Part shown: piece after piece, positions 9,293 through 18,767 of the stretch
Layout: each line of letters starts with the position of its first letter
How positions within the stretch are numbered: the stretch's first letter is position 1
Origin: Eubacteriales bacterium
GTDB taxonomy: Bacteria; Bacillota; Clostridia; Oscillospirales; CAG-272
NCBI GenBank assembly: GCA_045638685.1
Contig: JAZUBT010000014.1
Location: 2,147 to 66,146 of the forward strand
DNA: 64,000 nt
Direction: 5' to 3'
The notes under the pieces: model-generated
Told to the model about the DNA's origin: nothing
Seen by the model: only the letters and a program-made list of their open reading frames with translations
The model's database searches: none
Position numbers and translations under genes: made by a program

Positions 9293-11152
9293 TTACTGCC
9301 CCGTGTAATTATACGTGTAGTTCATAAACTCTGCCTGATTATCACTTATCCAGTAACGCTCCTTGGAGATATCCCAAAATTCTGCGTTTGTTCCTCTGTA
9401 CTTTATCTCATAAATACCGGAGCAATAATAAAACGCATAAGAGCCTATGCCGGTTACCTTCTTTGGTATAACGATGCTTTTAAAGTTATTCCCATAAAAG
9501 GCGTAGGAGTAAATCGAATAGCTGCCGCCGTTAAAGCTGCTCGGTAAGATAAGCTCCTCCGTTTCCTCTCCCACGTAAGCCAGCAGATAAATTACTCCGT
9601 CTGAGCTGTAAAATATGAAGCCGTCTTTATTTTCTATCTTACTTACTTTTAAATATGCATCAAGAGAATACGCCGCTACTCCGCCGTGCTCCCAGCTTCC
9701 CTTTATTACTTGCAGTGAGGAATTATTTATTACCTCAACCAATTTTTTACAATCGGCAAAAGCCTCTGTGCCTATGCTTGACACGTTGCTCGGAAGTGTT
9801 ATGCTTAAAAGCGAGGTGCAGCCCCTGAACGCATACATACCGATAGACGTTAAGTCCTCGGGCATACCTACGCTTATAAGCGAAACGCAGCCGCTGAACG
9901 TATAGTCGCGTATCGAGGTTACCTTATCGGGGATATCAATGCTTTTAAGAGAAACGCAGCCGGAAAAGGCATGGCTTCCGATTGAATACAGTCTTTCCGG
10001 CATTTCTACGCTTACAAGCGAAGCGCAACCGAAAAAGGCATCGTCGCCTATGCTCGTTACGTTTTTTGGGAGCGTAACGCTTTTAAGCGACGTACAGCCT
10101 TTAAAAGCGTTATTAGCTATCGCCGTTATCGGAAGCTTTTTGTACGCGCTCGGAACGTGCAGGTCGCTGAAATTTACGCTTGAAAACGAGAAGGTATATG
10201 ATTTACCGTCTGCGTTAAGCGAAAAAAGCTCGTCCGCGTCGTAAATAACGTTTGCGTCCGTTAAGCTCGCCACGTCCGTCCACGAAATTGCGCCCTCCGA
10301 AGCCTCACAGTATATATTTATTCCCCCGCATTCCATAAAGGCGTTATTCTCAATAACCCGTACGCTTGAAGGAATTATAATGGATTTAAGCGACGTGCAG
10401 CCTTTAAAAGCCTCGCGTCCTATTTTTTCGGCGCCTTCTAAAAAATAAACCTCTTTAAGATACGACGTGCCGGAAAAGGCGTTTGGAGCTATCTCCTTTA
10501 CCGGAAGACCGTCATACGTTGTCGGTATCGTTACGACTTCTCCGCCGTCATCACCGAGCCCCTCGATTACGTAATACGTTCCGTCGTCGGAAAGGCGGTA
10601 TTCAAGCTTACTTTCCGTCAAAATATCCTGATTAATCTCTATTTTCCCTTTAAGCTCGCTATTGTCAAGGGTTACGAAATCAATTATGGAAAATCTTGCT
10701 GATACGGCGACGCTTCCCGCGCCCTCCGAGTTTAACGCTACTATAAATCTGTAAAGCCTTCCTTCTTCTCCGTTACCTTTAACCTTAAAGCTTGCAGTAA
10801 GGGTGTTATTCTTTTTTTCATAATCCGGTGTCGGAAGCTCCTCTACCCCCATTTCAAACAGGGCTCCGTCATTCGACGAGAGAGAAATTAACACCTGGGC
10901 CTTTTTATCGAGCTTCTTACTGCCGTACAAAGTATAATCAATGACGGCGTAGCATTTTTTTCCTACGGCTACCTCTATGCTGTCCTTCAGCTTGCCGTCT
11001 ATATCTCCGCTGAGATAATCCTCCTCGCTAATGTATTTTATTGACGAATTTAACTCCGCCTTATCGTTAGCACAGGAAGAAAAGGCAAGGATAGCCGTAA
11101 ATATCAATAAGACGGTTATAAATGCTGCGGGTATCTTTTTAAAGCAATTCAT
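9293..11152 (-). CDS. BspA-type leucine-rich-repeat surface lipoprotein, paralog 2 of 5
   Basis: Lipobox LAFSSCA. Conserved N-terminal module (IKYISEEDYLSGDIDGKLKDSIEVAVGKKCYAV...YRFIVAL) followed by LRR units. RBS GGGAGA. Only 16 nt separate it from the stop of the upstream paralog. Confidence 0.85.
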   Translation of the reverse strand: MNCFKKIPAAFITVLLIFTAILAFSSCANDKAELNSSIKYISEEDYLSGDIDGKLKDSIEVAVGKKCYAVIDYTLYGSKKLDKKAQVLISLSSNDGALFEMGVEELPTPDYEKKNNTLTASFKVKGNGEEGRLYRFIVALNSEGAGSVAVSARFSIIDFVTLDNSELKGKIEINQDILTESKLEYRLSDDGTYYVIEGLGDDGGEVVTIPTTYDGLPVKEIAPNAFSGTSYLKEVYFLEGAEKIGREAFKGCTSLKSIIIPSSVRVIENNAFMECGGINIYCEASEGAISWTDVASLTDANVIYDADELFSLNADGKSYTFSFSSVNFSDLHVPSAYKKLPITAIANNAFKGCTSLKSVTLPKNVTSIGDDAFFGCASLVSVEMPERLYSIGSHAFSGCVSLKSIDIPDKVTSIRDYTFSGCVSLISVGMPEDLTSIGMYAFRGCTSLLSITLPSNVSSIGTEAFADCKKLVEVINNSSLQVIKGSWEHGGVAAYSLDAYLKVSKIENKDGFIFYSSDGVIYLLAYVGEETEELILPSSFNGGSYSIYSYAFYGNNFKSIVIPKKVTGIGSYAFYYCSGIYEIKYRGTNAEFWDISKERYWISDNQAEFMNYTYNYTGQ

Positions 11153-11168
11153 ATCTTCTCCCTTGACT

Positions 11169-13274
11169 TTATTTTTTGTACCAATAATAGTTCACGTAGG
11201 TGCTTCTGAGAAACTCTGCGGTTCTTAATGAATCGTAAGTGTATTTTACCTCGTAGCCACCGTAATAACTCGATTTTTCCGTACGGTACCACGTTTTTCC
11301 AATAAGCGTTACGTGAGTTAATCCCATACAGCCACTAAAGGCTCTTGCCTCTATTTTGGTTACACCGCTGCCGAGCGAAACTCTGTTAAGATTTTCACAT
11401 TTAGAGAAAAGAGCATTAATAACGGTAACACCGTTACCTATAACTGCGCTTTTAAGCCCCGTACACCCTGCAAAAGCGCCGCTTTTAAGTTCGGTAACAC
11501 TGTCCGGAACGGTAATCTCGGTAATCGCCGTGCATTTCTCAAAAGCATTTTGTCCTATTGTTTTTATACCGTTTTTTAACGTTATACTTGTAGCTCCGGA
11601 GCAGGAAGCAAACGCTTTTTTATCAATAGAGGAAACCGTTCCCGGCACGGTTATGCTTGACAGCTTGGAGCAGCCTTCAAACGCAGATTCGCCTACCGCT
11701 GTTACACTGCTCGGTATATCTACCGAGGTGAGACTTTTACAACCGTAAAATACCGCCTTGTTTATCTTGGTTATACCTTCGGAAATCAGCACTGACGTAA
11801 GTCCCTCGCAGGCGTAAAAGGCGTAATCCTCTATTTCTTTCACACCTTTAGGTGTTTCAACCGCAGAAAGGCTTTGGCATCTGTAAAAGGCTCCCTCTCC
11901 GATTTTGGTTACTCCCTCGGGAATTGTAAGCTCCGTAAGCTCTCTACAATTTTCAAAGGTGTAAGGTTCAATAACGGTTACTTTATTCGATACGGTAACG
12001 CTTTTAAGAGCTGCGCATCCGGAAAGCGCCTTTTCGCCTATTACGGTAACGCTATCGGTCATGGTTATGCTTGTAAGAGATACACAGTTAAAAAAGGCGT
12101 TTTTTCCTATCTCGGTTATACCGTCGGATATCGCTATTCCGGTAAGAGCACTGCAGCTACTCAATGCTCCTATGCCGATTTTTGTAACCGGTAAGCCTTT
12201 ATACACGCCCGGAACAACGGTGTTTCCCGAAACTCCCGTTGCCGATTTTAAATAATACGACCTGCCGTCATCGTTTAGGTCAAATACAAAGCTTTTATTG
12301 CAGCTCCACGTAATAAGCAAAATATCCGAAATACTGCTTTCGCTCCAGCCGTCGGGCTTTTTCTCCGTTTCACAGCAAAGGTGCATATCGGGACAGCCCG
12401 CAAACGCCTCGTTTCCTATCACGGAGGTGCTTAAAGGAATTTTTATTTCTTCAAGGGACGCGCAGCCTTTAAAGGCCTCGCTTCCGATTTCAGTAACGCC
12501 TGACGGAATATTTATACCCGTAAGAGATACGCAGTTTTTAAAAGCGCTTGCGCCGATTTTTGTAAGTCCGGAGGGTAAGGTAACCTCTTTTAAATAACCG
12601 ACGTTACTGAAAACGTTGTCAGCTATTTCTTTTACCGTAATACCGTTATACAAGTTCGGAACCGTAATTTTATCGCCGTTTTCTTCACCGAGTCCGGTTA
12701 CTGTGTAATACGTGCCGTCTGCGGATAACGTAAAGTCAAGCTTACTTTGAATTTCCGTCTCCTCGGTTACCGTTACGTAACCGTATACGTAGTAACCGTT
12801 TCTTACAGCTATATTAGTGTCAGTCGATACATGAGCGTAAATATTATCTACGCCCTCTGTTTCTCTTGTAATAGAAAAAATAAATCTAAAATTATTTTCA
12901 GTTTTCTTTCCGTCGTGCAGCTTGAAGCTTGCTTTTATATCGTTTTCGAACAACAAATAATCCGTGGTTGGTAACTCCTCGATATTAAAGTCAAACGAAG
13001 AAAAATCTACGTACATTTCTCCCTTAACGCTTTCATCGACGTTTTTCAAATCGGAAAGCCTTACGTCTATAACAGCGTATGCCTTCTGCCCCACAGCCAG
13101 TTCGATGCTTTCCTTTAATTTTCCATCAATATCTCCGCTTAAATAGTCCTCTTCTGTCAGATATTTTATCGTAATCTCTCCCGTAATCCAGTTTTTACTG
13201 CAAGCGGAAAGCAGAAAAGCAGTGAGAAAAATCAGCAGAAAAAGAACGAATATCGCGGTTTTCCTTTTGCACAT
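11169..13274 (-). CDS. BspA-type leucine-rich-repeat surface lipoprotein, paralog 3 of 5
   Basis: Lipobox FLLSACS, same N-terminal module, about 15 LRR units, C-terminus YYWYKK. The ATG at 13274 has a GGAGA 6 nt upstream. The ORF-track start at 13292 has no RBS. Confidence 0.85.
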   Translation of the reverse strand: MCKRKTAIFVLFLLIFLTAFLLSACSKNWITGEITIKYLTEEDYLSGDIDGKLKESIELAVGQKAYAVIDVRLSDLKNVDESVKGEMYVDFSSFDFNIEELPTTDYLLFENDIKASFKLHDGKKTENNFRFIFSITRETEGVDNIYAHVSTDTNIAVRNGYYVYGYVTVTEETEIQSKLDFTLSADGTYYTVTGLGEENGDKITVPNLYNGITVKEIADNVFSNVGYLKEVTLPSGLTKIGASAFKNCVSLTGINIPSGVTEIGSEAFKGCASLEEIKIPLSTSVIGNEAFAGCPDMHLCCETEKKPDGWSESSISDILLITWSCNKSFVFDLNDDGRSYYLKSATGVSGNTVVPGVYKGLPVTKIGIGALSSCSALTGIAISDGITEIGKNAFFNCVSLTSITMTDSVTVIGEKALSGCAALKSVTVSNKVTVIEPYTFENCRELTELTIPEGVTKIGEGAFYRCQSLSAVETPKGVKEIEDYAFYACEGLTSVLISEGITKINKAVFYGCKSLTSVDIPSSVTAVGESAFEGCSKLSSITVPGTVSSIDKKAFASCSGATSITLKNGIKTIGQNAFEKCTAITEITVPDSVTELKSGAFAGCTGLKSAVIGNGVTVINALFSKCENLNRVSLGSGVTKIEARAFSGCMGLTHVTLIGKTWYRTEKSSYYGGYEVKYTYDSLRTAEFLRSTYVNYYWYKK

Positions 13275-13309
13275 ATAAACTCTCCGTTTCATAAACGTAT
13301 TAATCGGTA

Positions 13310-14785
13310 TTACTCACCCTCAAAATTATAGGATAACGTATAGTTTCCGGTACCGCTGTCCCAGCCGTCTTGCTTTACAATAGCATTCCACTGTTCTGAC
13401 GAACCCTTGAATTTAATACTTGTAAGGCTTTCGCAGTCCTTAAATACGTCGTACCCAACGGTAATTAAGACGGCGGGTATAATTATACTCGTAAGGCTGC
13501 CACAGCCCTCAAACGTGCTGTTCATAAGCGACTTAACACCGCTGCCGAGCGTTACGCTTATTAAGCTGTCGCAGCTTTCAAAAGCGTTATTTCCTATATA
13601 GTTCACGCTGTCCGGTATATTTATGCTTGCAAGCTTATTGCAGCCCGAAAATGCATAGGCTTCTATATATGTTACACCGTCGGGTATTTCTACGCCCGTA
13701 AGCTCGGTACAGCCCATAAAGGCGTTTCTTTCGATTACGGTAACGGGCAAACCCTTATAGGTGGCGGGAACAATAACGTTACCCTTTACACCGTTTGCCG
13801 AGCTTAATACAAAAGATTTTTCGTCTGAGCTTAATGCAAATACAAAATATTTGTTACAGTTAAACGTAATGCTTTTTACATTTGCGGTAACGCTTTCGCT
13901 CCAGCCGCTCGGCATTCCCCCCGCTTCGCAGCAAAGGTGTATATCGGGGCATCCCTCAAATGCTCCCTCTCCTATCTCGGAAACACCCGCAGGAATGTAT
14001 ATGCTTTCAAGCGCGGTGCAGTTTTTAAATGCGTACGCACCGATTTTCATAAGCTCGGACGGCAAGGTTATTTCTTTCAAATACGTAACATCGCTAAATA
14101 CTCTGTCGGCTATCTCCTTTACCGGAAGCCCGTTATAGGTGTCCGGAACTGTGATTTTATCGCCGGTTTCTTCACCAAGTCCTGCTACAACGAAATACGT
14201 TCCGTCCGAGGAAGGCTCATAGCTAAGCTTACTTTCACCGTTAAACTCCTCGCTTACGGTTATCTCTCCCCAAAAGGCAGTCTGTCCTTTAAGATCACTA
14301 CCCCCGTCGGGAATTGAAATAACTGCCTGTACGGAAACCTTAGCTGCGGTTTCTCTTGAAACGGACACGATAAACCTGAATCTTTTTTCATCTTTTTCGC
14401 TGTCGTAAATTTTAAAGCTCGCCGACACGGTGCCTCCCGACACTGAATAGTCCGGCGTCGGAATCTCCTCAACGCCTAAGTTATAGCTTCCGACTGAATT
14501 TGAACTAAACCGTATTTCAACTTTGGCAAGAGTGTCCTCGTTAATATTTTTTACTCCTGATAAGGTAAAATCTGCTACGACGTAGCCTTTTTCTCCAATA
14601 TTTATGTTTAGTCCACTGCTTAGTTTTCCGTCAACGTCGCTGCTTAAATAGTCCTCCTCCGTAAGATATTTTATACTACCCTCTGCGGTTATTCTGTCAT
14701 TACCGCACGAGGAAAAGGAAGAAAACGCTGCGGTAGCCAGCAGAAAAACTACAAGATATTTAAGTATGCCTTTTACAGAGCGCAT
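13310..14785 (-). CDS. BspA-type leucine-rich-repeat surface lipoprotein, paralog 4 of 5
   Basis: The true start is probably MRSVKGILKYL at 14785, with GGAGG 3-7 nt upstream. The ORF-track N-terminal extension to 14965 runs through the promoter and terminator. Lipobox FSSFSSCG, with the shared N-terminal module and LRRs. Confidence 0.85.
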   Translation of the reverse strand: MRSVKGILKYLVVFLLATAAFSSFSSCGNDRITAEGSIKYLTEEDYLSSDVDGKLSSGLNINIGEKGYVVADFTLSGVKNINEDTLAKVEIRFSSNSVGSYNLGVEEIPTPDYSVSGGTVSASFKIYDSEKDEKRFRFIVSVSRETAAKVSVQAVISIPDGGSDLKGQTAFWGEITVSEEFNGESKLSYEPSSDGTYFVVAGLGEETGDKITVPDTYNGLPVKEIADRVFSDVTYLKEITLPSELMKIGAYAFKNCTALESIYIPAGVSEIGEGAFEGCPDIHLCCEAGGMPSGWSESVTANVKSITFNCNKYFVFALSSDEKSFVLSSANGVKGNVIVPATYKGLPVTVIERNAFMGCTELTGVEIPDGVTYIEAYAFSGCNKLASINIPDSVNYIGNNAFESCDSLISVTLGSGVKSLMNSTFEGCGSLTSIIIPAVLITVGYDVFKDCESLTSIKFKGSSEQWNAIVKQDGWDSGTGNYTLSYNFEGE

Positions 14786-14849
14786 GGGAACCTCCAACTT
14801 AAAATATAGTATAACATTATTTATTTGTATAAGTATTAGTATCAAAAAC

Positions 14850-14878
14850 AGTATAGCACCTTTTCCTCTTTTTGTCAA
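14850..14878 (-). promoter_or_regulatory. Sigma-A-type promoter for the paralog 4-3-2-(1) LRR operon
   Basis: On the minus strand, CGCGCGTA-TTGACA (14873-14878), 17 nt, TGcTATACT (-10 at 14850-14855, extended -10). Confidence 0.75.
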
Positions 14879-14891
14879 TACGCGCGGAAAA

Positions 14892-14933
14892 TAAAAAAAG
14901 CTCTCTTGAACGCAGTATGTCAAAAGAGCTTTT
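14892..14933 (-). terminator. Intrinsic terminator after LRR paralog 5
   Basis: On the minus strand, AAAGCTCTTTTGA-catactgcgt-TCAAGAGAGCTTT followed by TTTTTTTATTTT. Confidence 0.8.
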
Positions 14934-14993
14934 ATCTGTTTTTTCAGGCTTCTAAACGGGCGCAACTACTTTTCGTATTCAAGAATTGTCCGT

Positions 14994-17069
14994 TTAATCA
15001 GCCGATTGGTTATACTTAATTTTGTATCTTTCTTGATTAAAGTTTTGCAGGTTGTACTGATAATCCCAACAGCTTTCTTTATAAATCATAATCCACTGCT
15101 GCTTACTGCCCGAGAACTTAATCGTTTTCAGACTGTCGCAGTCATATAAAGCATATTCTCCGATGCGTGAGACACTGCTTCCGATAAGAATATCGGTAAG
15201 AGCCTTACATTCGTAAAACGCGCTCTCTTTTATATCCGTTACGCCGTTTCCTATTTTAACGCTTTTAAGTCCGTCGCAATTAGAAAACGATGATCCTCCA
15301 AGCGACGTTACGCTGTCGGGTATAACCACGCTTGTAAGTCCGTCGCAGCCGAAAAACGCAGCGCCTCCTATATCCGTAAGGCTATTCGGAAAGATGATTT
15401 CTGTAAGCGCAGCGTTATTTTTAAAGGCATTGGAAGCTATAAAAGTCGTGCCATCCTTTACCGTATAGCTGCCGCTAACGGTTGCAGCGGCTTCCATAAG
15501 ATATTTTCCCATATACAGCACTCCGTTTTCCCAGTTAGCCGCGTTACCGTAATACTCCGTTCCGTAAAATGCCTCGGAGCCGATATATTCTATTCCTTCG
15601 CCCAGCGTAATGCTCGTAATACCTGCACAGTTCTTAAATGCACCGTCTTCAATGCTTTTCACTGTTCCCGGAATAGTTATGCCCGTAATACTGTCGCATG
15701 CCGTAAACGCGCGGGAGCCTATGGTGTTTACATTTTTGCCGAAGCTTACGCTTTTAATATTAGCGCGATAATCGTATGTAATTCCACCGCTCATAAATAT
15801 CATACTGAATATTGACGACGGAACAATCTTTACGCTGTCTCCAAAGGTTACGGATATTCCGTCTGCTGCCTTACCCGCGTTAGCGAATATTGCGTTAAAC
15901 GTAAGCGACGCACATTTTACGGCGTTGAAGTTTATCGAGATAAGCGCTGTACAGTTTGCAAACGCGTACTCCTCTATTTTAATAACTCCGCTCGGTACGG
16001 TTATTGACCTTACCACCGTATTGTCGGCATTTAAACCGTTACCTTTTATTTCGGTAACAGACGCTCCGAGATACGTTTCCGGAATATTTAGCGACTTAAC
16101 GTTTATTTTATCGTCAAGAAAAGTAAATGTACACGTTGCGCCGTTTTGCGTAAAGAACTGTCCGCAGCCAAGAATAACCTCGGCGGTCTCCGGCTTCCAC
16201 GTATCGTTCCAACCGCTCGGAACGGCTTCGCTGACGCACCATATAACCGCGTCTGGAGATATCGAAAAGGCGTCCTTGCCGATATACGTAACGGTTGACG
16301 GAATGACGATGCTGTCAAGCTTCGTGCAGCCTTTGAAGGCTGACTCGCCTATTTTTTCAATTCCGTTTGGAATAATAACGTCATTAATATAGCTGACGTC
16401 AAAAAAGGCGTTATTGGCTATTTCTTTTACAGGAACGTCTTTATAGGTAGCGGGAATCCTGATTTTGTCGCCGGTTTCTTTGCCGACACCTGTTACGGTG
16501 TAATAGCTTCCATCGGTCGAAAGCTGATATTCAAGCCTGCTTTCCGGCACAAGGCTTTCAAGCACGCTTACCCTTCCCTTTGTTTCGGAATATCCGTTCA
16601 TTCTTACGGCTATGTTAACGACGCCCTCTGTCTTTTTTGTAACCGAAACTATAAATCTGATGCGCTCTTCTTTCTTTTCAACGTCGTAAAGCCTTACCCT
16701 TGCGGTTATCTTATCTTTTATTACGGAATAATCTGACGTCGGAAAATCCTCCACGTTGAAGTCAAAATCATCTCCGTATTGAGAAGAAAAATCAATAGAT
16801 ACGGTTGCTATCGCGCCTTCGTTTGAGCTATCTATATTTGACAAAGCAAAATCAATAACCACGTAGCTTTTTTCGTCAATCGCTGTTTCTATTTTATCCT
16901 TTATTTTTCCGTCATGCTCTCCGCTAAAAAAATCAGCCTCGCTAAGATAACCGAATGAGGTTTTAACGTCCATATACTCATCCTTGCCACAGCCGGAAGC
17001 GGTAAAAACAGCCGCAACGGTTAGCAGAAAAAATATAAGATATTTCAGCGTACTTTTTACAGTTTCCAT
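14994..17069 (-). CDS. BspA-type leucine-rich-repeat surface lipoprotein, paralog 5 of 5
   Basis: The start METVKSTLKYL at 17069 has a GGAGG RBS. Lipobox VFTASGCG, shared N-terminal module (FGYLSEADFFSGEHDGKIKDKIE...IRFIVSV), LRR units throughout. Confidence 0.85.
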   Translation of the reverse strand: METVKSTLKYLIFFLLTVAAVFTASGCGKDEYMDVKTSFGYLSEADFFSGEHDGKIKDKIETAIDEKSYVVIDFALSNIDSSNEGAIATVSIDFSSQYGDDFDFNVEDFPTSDYSVIKDKITARVRLYDVEKKEERIRFIVSVTKKTEGVVNIAVRMNGYSETKGRVSVLESLVPESRLEYQLSTDGSYYTVTGVGKETGDKIRIPATYKDVPVKEIANNAFFDVSYINDVIIPNGIEKIGESAFKGCTKLDSIVIPSTVTYIGKDAFSISPDAVIWCVSEAVPSGWNDTWKPETAEVILGCGQFFTQNGATCTFTFLDDKINVKSLNIPETYLGASVTEIKGNGLNADNTVVRSITVPSGVIKIEEYAFANCTALISINFNAVKCASLTFNAIFANAGKAADGISVTFGDSVKIVPSSIFSMIFMSGGITYDYRANIKSVSFGKNVNTIGSRAFTACDSITGITIPGTVKSIEDGAFKNCAGITSITLGEGIEYIGSEAFYGTEYYGNAANWENGVLYMGKYLMEAAATVSGSYTVKDGTTFIASNAFKNNAALTEIIFPNSLTDIGGAAFFGCDGLTSVVIPDSVTSLGGSSFSNCDGLKSVKIGNGVTDIKESAFYECKALTDILIGSSVSRIGEYALYDCDSLKTIKFSGSKQQWIMIYKESCWDYQYNLQNFNQERYKIKYNQSAD

Positions 17070-17134
17070 AGGAGACCTCCACCCTAAAACATAACATAAG
17101 ATTGTATGTTCATACAAAATAAAACGTTAAAAAC

Positions 17135-17163
17135 AGTATAGCACCTTTTCCTTTTTTTGTCAA
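17135..17163 (-). promoter_or_regulatory. Sigma-A-type promoter for LRR paralog 5
   Basis: On the minus strand, CGCGCGTA-TTGACA (17158-17163), 17 nt, TGcTATACT (17135-17140). It is part of an 89-bp cassette nearly identical to 14844-14933. Confidence 0.75.
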
Positions 17164-17175
17164 TACGCGCGGAAA

Positions 17176-17217
17176 ATAAAAAAGCTCTCTTGAACGTAGT
17201 ATGTCAAAAGAGCTTTT
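17176..17217 (-). terminator. Intrinsic terminator after the aminopeptidase gene
   Basis: Same hairpin as 14892-14933 with one loop substitution, followed by a T-run on the minus strand. Confidence 0.8.
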
Positions 17218-17229
17218 TCTTTTTTTAAC

Positions 17230-18618
17230 TTACTTAATAAATGCCTTAAATGCCTCGTAGGTGGAATAAAGATCTGCCTTGGAAACAACCTCGTACGGCG
17301 CGTGCATTGATATTACCGGTACACCAAGGTCAACGGTATCAATGTTAAGGTTTGCTATATACATCGCGACCGTTCCGCCGCCGCCGATATCCACCTTACC
17401 AAGCTCAGACGTCTGCCACTGCACTCCGTTTTCCGCGAATATTTTTCTGACGTATCCAACGAACTCCGCTGAGGCGTCGCTTGTGCCCGACTTTCCTCTC
17501 GCCCCCGTATATTTGGACATCGTCGTACCGCAGGAAATCATAGCGCTGTTACGCTTTTCATATACGTCGGCAAAGTTGGGATCAAACGCCGCATTGACGT
17601 CTGCCGAGAGGCATTTCGATGCTGCTCTTACCGCTATGGGAGAGTAACCGAGGCTTACCGATATTTCGGTTATAAGGTCAAGCAGAAGCATAGACTGCAT
17701 ACCTGTATTTCCGTTGCTTCCCGTCTCCTCTTTATCGGCAAGAATACCAAAAACAGTGCTGTCGCTGTCGCATTCAATTACCGCGCGCAGAAGCGGGTAT
17801 GCGCAAACTCTGTCGTCGTGTCCGTAGGCGCCGATAAGCGCTCTGTCAAAGCCTATATCTCTCGCGTTAAACGCAGGGACGCAGGAAAGCTCCGCGCTTA
17901 TGAAATCCTCCTCGGTTATGCCGTATTTTTCGTTTAAGATATTTAAAACGTTCAGCTTTACCGAGCCGTCAGCGTCCCCGTCCTTAAGGGGCATTCCGCC
18001 AACGAGAATGTTGAGGCTTTCTCCCGCTATCGCCGTTCCGAGGGGCTTCTGGTTCTGCTCTGCCGCAAGGTGCGGAAGCAGGTCATTTATATAAAACACG
18101 GGATCGGACTGCTCGTCTCCTATTCTTATCTTAAGCTCACTTCCGTCCTTTTTAACTACAACTCCGTGAAGGGAAAGCGGCATCGCCATCCACTGATATT
18201 TTCTTATACCGCCGTAGTAATGTGTTTTAAAGAATGCCATTCCGCCGTCCTCATAAAGCGGAACCTGCTTTAAATCTATACGTGGAGAATCTATGTGCGC
18301 GGCGAGAATACGTATTCCGTCGGTATCAAGAGGACGAGAACCGATTTTAAAGACAAAAAGGCTCTTTCCCCTATTATTGTAATATTTTTTGTCTCCAACC
18401 TTAAGCTTCTCTCCGAGACGGTACTCTGTAAAGCCCTTTGCCTTGGCAAGCTCTATAGCAAAATCGGTGGCTTCTCTCTCGGTTTTCGCCTCGTCAAGGA
18501 ACGCCATATAGTCATCGGAAAAATCAAAAATGTTATTTATTTTTTCCGTATCGGCGTTTTCAAATATATTTTTCTTTTTCATTTGCAGTTTATCTGCAAG
18601 CTTAACTGCTTCACTCAT
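17230..18618 (-). CDS. M18-family aminopeptidase
   Basis: AAHIDSPRIDLKQ and GHDDRVCAY motifs, with a C-terminal SMHAPYE. The 462-aa length is typical of M18 (aspartyl/'aminopeptidase 1') enzymes. Confidence 0.85.
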   Translation of the reverse strand: MSEAVKLADKLQMKKKNIFENADTEKINNIFDFSDDYMAFLDEAKTEREATDFAIELAKAKGFTEYRLGEKLKVGDKKYYNNRGKSLFVFKIGSRPLDTDGIRILAAHIDSPRIDLKQVPLYEDGGMAFFKTHYYGGIRKYQWMAMPLSLHGVVVKKDGSELKIRIGDEQSDPVFYINDLLPHLAAEQNQKPLGTAIAGESLNILVGGMPLKDGDADGSVKLNVLNILNEKYGITEEDFISAELSCVPAFNARDIGFDRALIGAYGHDDRVCAYPLLRAVIECDSDSTVFGILADKEETGSNGNTGMQSMLLLDLITEISVSLGYSPIAVRAASKCLSADVNAAFDPNFADVYEKRNSAMISCGTTMSKYTGARGKSGTSDASAEFVGYVRKIFAENGVQWQTSELGKVDIGGGGTVAMYIANLNIDTVDLGVPVISMHAPYEVVSKADLYSTYEAFKAFIK

Positions 18619-18767
18619 AGATTATTCCTCTCATTTCTTTTATAAAATAAATATTTACCGGGAGCTCCAAATTATACTTGTCAAATAGGCAAAACGGCGG
18701 TTAAGAACCGTCATTTGCGGTTACCGTTCAATCGGCAGTTAACCGCTCTACGTATATTACATTAATT

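Noticed and set aside
14786-14965. N-terminal extension of LRR paralog 4 (and 17070-17117 for paralog 5)
   Set aside because: The extension runs through a terminator hairpin and a consensus promoter. A Met with a GGAGG RBS, followed by a lipoprotein signal peptide, lies at 14785 (17069 for paralog 5).
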